32,000 nucleotides of DNA from Pseudodesulfovibrio piezophilus C1TLV30 (lineage in GTDB: Bacteria > Desulfobacterota > Desulfovibrionia > Desulfovibrionales > Desulfovibrionaceae). Under the pieces are notes generated by a model. It saw only the letters and a list, made by a program, of their open reading frames with translations. It made no database searches and was not told the origin of the DNA. This document shows, one piece after another, positions 20,459 to 27,425 of the stretch. The DNA is taken from NCBI RefSeq assembly GCF_000341895.1, contig NC_020409.1, forward strand, positions 2,700,001 to 2,732,000. Direction: 5' to 3'. How positions within the stretch are numbered: the first letter of the stretch is position 1; each line of letters begins with the position of its first letter. Position numbers and translations under genes: made by a program.

Positions 20459-20998
20459 ATGAAGGGACTCGGACACGGACTGCCTAAGGTCTTTCTTCAG
20501 ACCGGCGACTGTTTCTTCGGCATTCAGCCGACATTGGTAACCACGGTTCTCGGATCGTGTCTGGCCATTACCATGCACGTTCCCCAAATGGGAGTCGGGA
20601 CCATCTGTCACGCCTTTCTGCCTGATAGTGCGGAGCAAAAGATGGGTGGGCATGATCCTCAGGTCTGCCGATTTGTTGATACGGCCTTGCAAAATATGCT
20701 CGAAACTCTGGACAAGGTCGGTGTGCCTCGGCGGGATTTGGTCGTCAAATTGTTTGGCGGGTCCACTGGGATAACCATGCGCGGCGTTGCCAACAGTTCG
20801 TATGATATTGGCAGACGCAATATAGAAATGGCCCGTAAACTTCTTCATTTTGCCCGTCTGAATATCGAAGTTGAAGATGTCGGAGGGTCTCAGGGGCGCA
20901 AGTTGCTGTTTCACACTCAGACAGGTGAAATTTGGGTGAAAAAGCTCAATAAAATGGATTGGAAAAAGAACCCTGCCTTGGCCCCGGTCTTGAGGTAG
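20459..20998 (+). CDS. cheD: Chemoreceptor glutamine deamidase CheD
   Basis: It has the CheD core TTVLGSCLAI...GTICHAFLPDS, with the Thr/Cys/His catalytic contexts retained. The start is uncertain. Alternatives are the ATG at 20426 (no RBS) and the TTG at 20369, which overlaps the MFS stop by 4 nt. The AAGGA before 20459 is only 2 nt away. Confidence 0.8.
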   Translation: MKGLGHGLPKVFLQTGDCFFGIQPTLVTTVLGSCLAITMHVPQMGVGTICHAFLPDSAEQKMGGHDPQVCRFVDTALQNMLETLDKVGVPRRDLVVKLFGGSTGITMRGVANSSYDIGRRNIEMARKLLHFARLNIEVEDVGGSQGRKLLFHTQTGEIWVKKLNKMDWKKNPALAPVLR

Positions 20999-21111
20999 TC
21001 CATGGGAAGTGGGAATTATGAATCCAGGACGTGCTTGTTTCCGCAGAGGAAAGTGAACCTGTAGATGACAGGGGGGGCGCTTCGGCGCGGCACACGATGG
21101 GGAGGGCATTG

Positions 21112-21420
21112 ATGAAACGATTTCAAGTCATGATCGATGCGGATCTGCAACCGATTCTTCCACGCTATTTCGAAATTCGTTGGGAGGAATTGAGACAGAT
21201 GGAAGAAGCCGCAGGCAAAGGGGATGGTGAGATGCTCCGCACCTTGGGGCACAGGCTCAAGGGAACAGGAAGTTCCTATGGTTTTCGCCGTCTGACAGAG
21301 CTGGGTGCGGCCATTGAGGATGCAGGGCAGGCCGTTGATATCAAGGGTGCTGCCGGATTGATTGCCGAGGTCCGCCAGTATTTGGAGCATGTGGATATCA
21401 TTTTCGGGAGCCAGGACTGA
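21112..21420 (+). CDS. Stand-alone histidine phosphotransfer (Hpt) domain protein
   Basis: The Hpt signature is LGHRLKGTGSSYGF, with the His codon at 21250-21252, in a helical protein of about 100 aa. GGAGG lies 6 nt upstream of the ATG at 21112. The GTG at 21031 in the ORF track adds a non-conserved, Gly-rich leader. Confidence 0.75.
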   Translation: MKRFQVMIDADLQPILPRYFEIRWEELRQMEEAAGKGDGEMLRTLGHRLKGTGSSYGFRRLTELGAAIEDAGQAVDIKGAAGLIAEVRQYLEHVDIIFGSQD

Positions 21421-21422
21421 TC

Positions 21423-22382
21423 ATGCTGATTCTCATGTTCGCCATCAATGATCCCGCAGGGACCGCCATTCAATTTGTCCACGCCATCAATCGACATTCT
21501 GCCCATGAAGCCCGACTCGTTACCCTGGAAACTCGCTATACGCATTCGTGGGAAAAGGATCTTCATATACCAGACCTTGGTCCTGATGGACTGGAAGAAG
21601 TTCATATTCTGATGGAAGAGGCGGATGTCTTTCATTTTCATATGACCTGTGACGAGTTCTGCTTTTTCGGACCACATCGTCCTGCGGATTTTCTGGCGGG
21701 AAAGGAAGTCGTCCATCACCATCATGGACATCATGATTTCCGTTCGAACCCGGCATCCTTTGCCCGAACATATGCTGAGCGGGGGAGAACCAACCTTCTG
21801 GTGAGTACGCCTGATCTGCTTCAACTTCTGCCTCAGGCCCGGTGGCAGCCGAACCTGGTCAACATTGACGACCCGTTGCTCAAGCCTCAGCCCGGACGGT
21901 TTGATGATTTCGGTACGCTCAAAGTCTGTCATTCTCCGACTCGCAAAGACCTCAAAAATACTGATGAGTTCTTAGCTGCCGTCGATACCCTCGCACGCGC
22001 AGGGACTGCTTTGGAAGTTGACTTGATGGAGGATGTCCCGAATCAGGTGTGTCTGGCTCGAAAGCGCAGGTGCCATGTCCTCTTTGACCATATGCAAGGG
22101 TACTATGGTGTCAGCAGTCTTGAGGGGTTGTCACAGGGAGTGGCCGTTATTGCCGGGTTGGACGCGTGGAACAGGGAAAATATTGCGAAGTTTGTTGATA
22201 CTGATGATTTGCCGTGGGTCATTGCTCGCGACCGTGACACACTCCAAGACAGGTTGAAGGAATTGGACTCGGATCGGGCATATTGCGAATCAGTCTGTAT
22301 CAAGGGAAGGGACTTTATGGAGACCAGGTGGTCGGACAGGATCGTCGTACAACAGTTGGTTTCGTTTTATGAGTCCCTCTGA
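21423..22382 (+). CDS. GT-B fold glycosyltransferase-like protein (family-1-like), function unknown
   Basis: The pattern resembles a recurring glycosyltransferase group: N-terminal ADVFHFH ... VVHHHHGHHDFR, and C-terminal half KVCHSPTRKDLKNTDEFL ... HVLFDHMQGYYGVSSLEGLSQGVAVIAG. It starts 2 nt after the Hpt stop. The assignment is by pattern memory only. Confidence 0.5.
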   Translation: MLILMFAINDPAGTAIQFVHAINRHSAHEARLVTLETRYTHSWEKDLHIPDLGPDGLEEVHILMEEADVFHFHMTCDEFCFFGPHRPADFLAGKEVVHHHHGHHDFRSNPASFARTYAERGRTNLLVSTPDLLQLLPQARWQPNLVNIDDPLLKPQPGRFDDFGTLKVCHSPTRKDLKNTDEFLAAVDTLARAGTALEVDLMEDVPNQVCLARKRRCHVLFDHMQGYYGVSSLEGLSQGVAVIAGLDAWNRENIAKFVDTDDLPWVIARDRDTLQDRLKELDSDRAYCESVCIKGRDFMETRWSDRIVVQQLVSFYESL

Positions 22383-22453
22383 TTCCAGGCGTTGGGCTTT
22401 GCCATTGAAAGGCATTTCTTGTATACCCACTTGAGTCTTTCAGGGGGTAACAC

Positions 22454-23167
22454 ATGATGAAAGTATGGGGAGAACGCCGCGTGATGGCGTTTATGGCGTG
22501 CATGATCGGAGTGGGCGTTTTCTTTTTGTGCGTGGGAAACGGATGGGCTGTCTCTGATGAATCAGGCGGAATCCGTTTGCAGGTCGATCGGACCGTTTTA
22601 CCTCCGGTGTCCGCCCCTGGATCGAAAGTGAAGGAAATCGGACGCGCCGAAGCACTCCCGGCCACAGGAGAGAGGCAACCCAAGCCTTCTTTGCAAGGGG
22701 AGTCTGGTCCGGCTGGGAAAAAGAATGCCGGAAAGGCTTCAAAGGAAGAGCCGCGAAAGGTATCCCCTGATCCTCAATCTCCGGCTGATCCGTTTGTTGG
22801 GCCATCACAGAAATCTTCTTTGTCAGGCATCCGTCCGTCGGAAAAGGGAAGCATCGGTTCACTGACGCTGCACTATTCGGACACGGGATTTTCTCTCTCA
22901 GTGATCGGAGATCGGCCGGTTGGTGACGTTTCCTTCATGAATTTGAGCAATCCCAGTCGTCTGGTCGTGGATTTGCTTCAACCTTGGGAACTCAACGCGT
23001 CCAACGTGATCCGCACCCAGGATGGACCAGTCAAGTATGTGGTGGCAGGAAGTCACCCTGACAAGTTGCGTTTGGTGGTCCATTTCAGAAAATCACCAAT
23101 GGTCATGCTGAAACCGTCTTTTGTCAGGAAAGGGAAGACTCTACTTATTTCTGTCGAATTCCCCTAG
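22454..23167 (+). CDS. Secreted protein with C-terminal AMIN domain
   Basis: The signal peptide is MAFMACMIGVGVFFLCVGNGWAVS. An ~80-aa Pro/Ser/Gly/Lys-rich linker follows. The C-terminus is AMIN-like: LTLHYSDTGFSLSVIGDRPVGDVSFMNLSNPSRLVVDL ... KLRLVVHF. Confidence 0.7.
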   Translation: MMKVWGERRVMAFMACMIGVGVFFLCVGNGWAVSDESGGIRLQVDRTVLPPVSAPGSKVKEIGRAEALPATGERQPKPSLQGESGPAGKKNAGKASKEEPRKVSPDPQSPADPFVGPSQKSSLSGIRPSEKGSIGSLTLHYSDTGFSLSVIGDRPVGDVSFMNLSNPSRLVVDLLQPWELNASNVIRTQDGPVKYVVAGSHPDKLRLVVHFRKSPMVMLKPSFVRKGKTLLISVEFP

Positions 23168-23211
23168 TCTTCCAAGAATTTTCAGCCTTTTCAGTTTTGG
23201 ATCAGTTCGGG

Positions 23212-23240
23212 CTGTCACACAATTGTAACATTCAAGTCAT
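23212..23240 (+). promoter_or_regulatory. Pho-box-like array: three heptamers phased at 11 bp (CTGTCAC acaa TTGTAAC attc AAGTCAT)
   Basis: Read directly. The first heptamer matches the enterobacterial CTGTCA(T/C) repeat, and the other two match at 5/7. The 4-bp spacers give 11-bp phasing. The array ends 92 nt upstream of the pstB ATG. Confidence 0.4.
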
Positions 23241-23331
23241 TGCCCCGTAACCGCGCAGGGGTAGACACCCGAACTGCACCGTGTTTTATTATCACGGCGT
23301 CTTGACTATTCCAATCTGGAGAATCATTGGC

Positions 23332-24093
23332 ATGACAACAGTCATTAAAGCAGCTTCTACCAACCTTGATTTCTATTATGGAGATTTCAAGGCCCTCGAA
23401 GAAATCAGTATCGATTTCGAGTTGAATCGCGTGACCGCGCTTATCGGACCTTCCGGATGTGGAAAGTCGACGTATTTGCGCTGTATCAACCGCATGAACG
23501 ATCTTATCAATGGCACTCGCGTCGTGGGGAAGATGGTACTCGATGGCGAGGATATCTATGCTCCGGGAATCGATGTCGTCTCACTGCGCCGTCGAATAGG
23601 CATGGTTTTTCAGAAACCGAATCCTTTTCCCAAGACTATTTTTGAAAACGTCGCCTATGGGCTTCGTGTCAACGGGATTAACGACAAGCAGTTCATAGAA
23701 CAGCGTGTGGAGGAAAGTCTCAAGGGTGCAGCGCTCTGGGATGAGGTCAAGGATCGCATGCACACCTCGGCTTTGGGGTTGTCGGGGGGGCAGCAACAGC
23801 GTCTCTGTATTGCTCGTGCCCTGGCTATCGAACCCGAGGTGCTGCTTATGGATGAACCCGCCTCGGCCCTGGACCCCATCGCCACGCAGAAGATCGAAGA
23901 CCTGATTCATGAATTGAAGAAGGAATTTACCATTATCATCGTGACCCACTCCATGCAGCAGGCAGCGCGGGTTTCGGATAGAACCGCGTTTTTTTACATG
24001 GGTAAACTCATAGAAGTGGATAATACCAAGACGATGTTCACCAATCCGGCCAACAAGCAGACGGAAGACTATATCACAGGTCGCTTCGGCTAG
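23332..24093 (+). CDS. pstB: Phosphate ABC transporter ATP-binding protein PstB
   Basis: It shows [11 protein letters not shown], the Walker [10 protein letters not shown], the PstB-typical [11 protein letters not shown], the signature LSGGQQQR, and the Walker [13 protein letters not shown]. The ATG at 23332 gives the canonical ~253-aa length. Confidence 0.95.
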   Translation: MTTVIKAASTNLDFYYGDFKALEEISIDFELNRVTALIGPSGCGKSTYLRCINRMNDLINGTRVVGKMVLDGEDIYAPGIDVVSLRRRIGMVFQKPNPFPKTIFENVAYGLRVNGINDKQFIEQRVEESLKGAALWDEVKDRMHTSALGLSGGQQQRLCIARALAIEPEVLLMDEPASALDPIATQKIEDLIHELKKEFTIIIVTHSMQQAARVSDRTAFFYMGKLIEVDNTKTMFTNPANKQTEDYITGRFG

Positions 24094-24189
24094 GGCGGCA
24101 GAGAGCCGACGACTGGTTTGAATATGAAAAAGTCGACACCATGAAGTTAAAGAACCAAGCGGGCCTGCAAGTGCGGGTCTGGAGGATAT

Positions 24190-24855
24190 ATGGAACAGCG
24201 AGCACATTTTTCGAAAAAACTTGAGGATTTGAAAGTCAAAGTCCTGCGCATGGCAGCTTTGTCCGAGTCTGCCGTGCACAAGGCGATCAGGGCATATCTC
24301 GAAAATGACGCAGACCTCGCTGAAGAGGTCATTGTCGGGGATGATGTCATCAATGAAATGGAAGATGAAATTGATAACTTCAGTCTGGAATTGCTCGCGC
24401 TTGATCAACCCATGGCCATTGATTTGCGGACCATCGTCGGTGCGCAGCGTATAACAGTGAATCTGGAACGTCTTGGCGATGAAGCCGTCAATCTGGCTCA
24501 TCGCGCCATATTCCTGTCAACCCGGCCGCCGCTGCCACATAATCCCAAGATGGAAAGCCTGGCATCCATATCCAAACTGATGCTCTCAGATTCCCTGAAA
24601 TCGTATGTGGACGAGGATGTGAACCTGGCCGGACAAGTGTGTCGCATGGATGATAAAGCCGATGATCTCAATATTTCGATTTTGCGACAGTTTGTCAGTG
24701 AGATGGTGTCTGAATCACGTATTGTGGAACGCGGTGTCCATGCCATTATCGGGGCGCGTCATCTGGAGCGGATTGCAGACCTTGCCACCAATGTGGCTGA
24801 ATCCGTGGTCTTCGTCGTGGAAGGCACCAGCATGAAACATAGCTGCAAGGGGTAA
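24190..24855 (+). CDS. phoU: Phosphate signalling complex protein PhoU
   Basis: 221 aa with two PhoU repeats carrying acidic metal-binding motifs (DDVINEMEDEID and MDDKADDLN) plus ERIADLATNVAE. GGAGGA lies upstream of the ATG. Confidence 0.93.
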   Translation: MEQRAHFSKKLEDLKVKVLRMAALSESAVHKAIRAYLENDADLAEEVIVGDDVINEMEDEIDNFSLELLALDQPMAIDLRTIVGAQRITVNLERLGDEAVNLAHRAIFLSTRPPLPHNPKMESLASISKLMLSDSLKSYVDEDVNLAGQVCRMDDKADDLNISILRQFVSEMVSESRIVERGVHAIIGARHLERIADLATNVAESVVFVVEGTSMKHSCKG

Positions 24856-24870
24856 GAATATTTTAGCACG

Positions 24871-24900
24871 GGGTGCGGGTCTCTCTGGAAACTCGCACCC
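24871..24900. terminator. Candidate hairpin terminator between the convergent phoU and hybrid kinase genes
   Basis: GGGTGCGGGTCTC, loop tctg, GAAACTCGCACCC: a 13-bp stem with one mismatch and one G-U pair. The U-tract is weak on both strands. Confidence 0.35.
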
Positions 24901-24994
24901 TGTTCGAAAGCGTGGGCAGATTGTTCTCTGCTACTGGAATACAGGTGCCTTACGAATTCCCTCGTGATTGAGGTCTTCAGATTTTTTTCTTCCT

Positions 24995-26932
24995 TTACTC
25001 CCGGTCCGACAAGACCTTCCTCAGAACATTCAGGAAATCCTCCATATCGAGGGGCTTCGCGATATACCCAGTCACGCCTGCCTTGACGAATCTTTCTTCA
25101 TCGCCTCCCATTGCGTATGCTGTCATGGCAATGATAGGGAGGTTCTTTTTCGCTGCTCCAGCCTTGCCGTCACGAATGGCCTGGGTCAATTCAAGGCCGT
25201 CCATCTCCGGCATTTGAATATCCAGGATGACTAAATCGAAAGACGAATCATTGAGCGTGGCGAGCGCGCGCTTGCCGTCCTCGACCGCTGTCACTTCGCA
25301 GCCGAGTTTGCTCAAGAGGCGTTTTTCAGCGAGCCTGCTGACCCTGTCATCTTCAGCAAGAAGAATCCTGAGATTTAAAGAGGGCAGCGGTGTCTTTCCA
25401 TCAAAAGTTTCGACTGACGGCTGCGCCTTTTGCGACAGAGTGAATATCAGAGAAAAATGAACCGTGGTTCCCTGTCCTGTCACGGAGCAGACCACAAGGC
25501 TGCCACCCATAAGTTCCACCAGGCGTTTGCAGATGGAAAGGCCGAGGCCAGCTCCTTGGTAACTGCGGTTATATCCTTCATCCATTTGGGAGAATGGTTC
25601 GAACAGTGATTCGAGTTTCTCATCGGCTATGCCACACCCTGTATCCGAGATGGAAAAAAGAATGCGGCAGGTTCCAGCGGAAAGAGGGGAGAGTGCGGAT
25701 ATTTCGGCCAGTATTCTCCCGGATTCCGTGAATTTTATGGCGTTGCCGACGAGATTGATTAGGATCTGCTGGAGGCGGACGGAGTCCCCCAAAACAGATT
25801 CCGGCAAGCCAGGGCCGCAGGTGAATTCGAGATTGATTTTGGTCTTATCCATACTGGCTTGGAAGAGCTTGTGGGTCAGTTTACAGACTTCTTCCAGCGA
25901 AAAAGGTTCGTGGCGAAGGGTTATGACACCGGTTTCCGCCATGGAAATATCGAGAATATCGGAGAGGAGCCGGGTCAATCGTTCACTGGATTCAATGGCG
26001 GCTTTTGCATATTCTTTTTGCTCTTCATCCATGGGAGTGGTTCTGAAGAGTTGGAGCATGGAAGTAATGCCATTGAGGGGAGTTCTGATTTCATGGCTCA
26101 TGTTCGCCAGAAAAACGGATTTTGCGGAATTCGCGGCCTCGGCAGTCGCTTTCGCCCTTTCAAGTGTTTGTGCCATGAGTTCCAAGGCCCGAAGATTCCC
26201 GGCAAGAAGGCGTGAAACAAAAAGAGAGAGAATTACGCCAAATGTCCAAAGCAGTATGAAAATACTTCCGGATCGAAGCATCAGCGAGTTTTTTGCCGCA
26301 AGAAATGGAGCCATGGGAACTTTGACGCTGACACCACCTCTGATATCATGAATTTTATATCCTTGATGTTCGTGACATTTCAGGCATTGCGCCGTGACTA
26401 GCATAGGCCTCATGAGACGGGCATAGGAGGCGTCCCCTTCTTGCACCACTTCGTATATCTCGTGGACCCCCTTTTCGAAAGCATGCAAGGCTGCGGCTTC
26501 CCATTGATCCGGCCCATTTTCGGGGCGCAGAGGATTGAGACTCGTGATATGCCCCTGCACCTCATAGAGTGTCCTGAATGACTCATTGAGTTGCCGGATC
26601 ATGTAGGCAGGGTTCATGAGAGTGAGTTTCGTCCCCTGGGGTGTTGTCAGGTCTCTTTCTTTGACATTCGTTAAATACTGATTCGGAGGGGTCTCTTGCG
26701 TGACCGGGACATAGACCCCCCCGTGCATTGCTCCCCAATATCGGAATGATTGGTCTTTATTGAATGATTCATACGCCTTGGCGTGAACCTGAGCGAGCGT
26801 CAGGTTGTTAATGAGGTAAAAGTTATATGAAATGAAAAAAATGCCGATCATTGTCCAACTCAACAGGAAAACAATCGTCCATTTCCTGACGGGAAAAATT
26901 CGTGGACAGTATGGTGGCGAATTGGCGGGCAT
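24995..26932 (-). CDS. Hybrid sensor histidine kinase with a periplasmic DUF3365-type c-haem domain and a C-terminal receiver
   Basis: Domain order is TM1 (WTIVFLLSWTMIGIFFISY), a periplasmic domain of about 180 aa ending in CLKCH (26372-26386), then TM2. The H-box is MSHEIRTPLNG, the N-box NLVGNAIKFT, G1 DTGCGI and G2 GAGLGLSICK. The REC domain shows ILLAEDD ... DLVILDIQMPEMDG ... IAKP. The ATG at 26932 has GGAG upstream and is preferred to the TTG at 27010. Confidence 0.88.
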   Translation of the reverse strand: MPANSPPYCPRIFPVRKWTIVFLLSWTMIGIFFISYNFYLINNLTLAQVHAKAYESFNKDQSFRYWGAMHGGVYVPVTQETPPNQYLTNVKERDLTTPQGTKLTLMNPAYMIRQLNESFRTLYEVQGHITSLNPLRPENGPDQWEAAALHAFEKGVHEIYEVVQEGDASYARLMRPMLVTAQCLKCHEHQGYKIHDIRGGVSVKVPMAPFLAAKNSLMLRSGSIFILLWTFGVILSLFVSRLLAGNLRALELMAQTLERAKATAEAANSAKSVFLANMSHEIRTPLNGITSMLQLFRTTPMDEEQKEYAKAAIESSERLTRLLSDILDISMAETGVITLRHEPFSLEEVCKLTHKLFQASMDKTKINLEFTCGPGLPESVLGDSVRLQQILINLVGNAIKFTESGRILAEISALSPLSAGTCRILFSISDTGCGIADEKLESLFEPFSQMDEGYNRSYQGAGLGLSICKRLVELMGGSLVVCSVTGQGTTVHFSLIFTLSQKAQPSVETFDGKTPLPSLNLRILLAEDDRVSRLAEKRLLSKLGCEVTAVEDGKRALATLNDSSFDLVILDIQMPEMDGLELTQAIRDGKAGAAKKNLPIIAMTAYAMGGDEERFVKAGVTGYIAKPLDMEDFLNVLRKVLSDRE

Positions 26933-27425
26933 TACGATGTCTCCATTCCCATTGAGAGCATTTTCAATCCACTCTGAGACCAGTCGGAGAGGGATTTCCA
27001 CTCTTGGCAAGACAATAAGGAGTCGTCACTGTGCAGTCCTTTATATTTTGGTGATGTGCCGTTATAGATGTCAGGCTTGCGGTTCAGACCTCGCTTTCAA
27101 AAAAGAATAGTCTGTATTCTGTGTGGGAAAACAGCTGATTGTCTTACTCCCGCACTGTTTTCTCCGGGAAAAAGAGTTTACACGGCTGTTTTTTTCAAGT
27201 ACGTACATGACTCTTCTAATTAGAGTAAGAGTAAGTAGCTGCATAAGTAGTGAAAATATCAACTCTTCTTCACAGGAGCGTAAAGATGACAGGTTCGGTT
27301 TTGTTACCGACCGCGTGTTCAGGGGCTCGACTGCCTCGGAACGATCAACCCTGATTACGGTGGTACTGACATCTCACAAATATACGTTAAACTACTTTGC
27401 CCGAGGTCCGTTGTGGAGGTAACCC

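Noticed and set aside
27123-27422. A 99-aa ORF in the rpsA leader, and a 63-aa minus-strand ORF at 27071-27262.
   Set aside because: Neither has an RBS, both are Ser/Leu/Arg-rich with odd composition, and one ends inside the rpsA RBS. They are most likely non-coding leader sequence.
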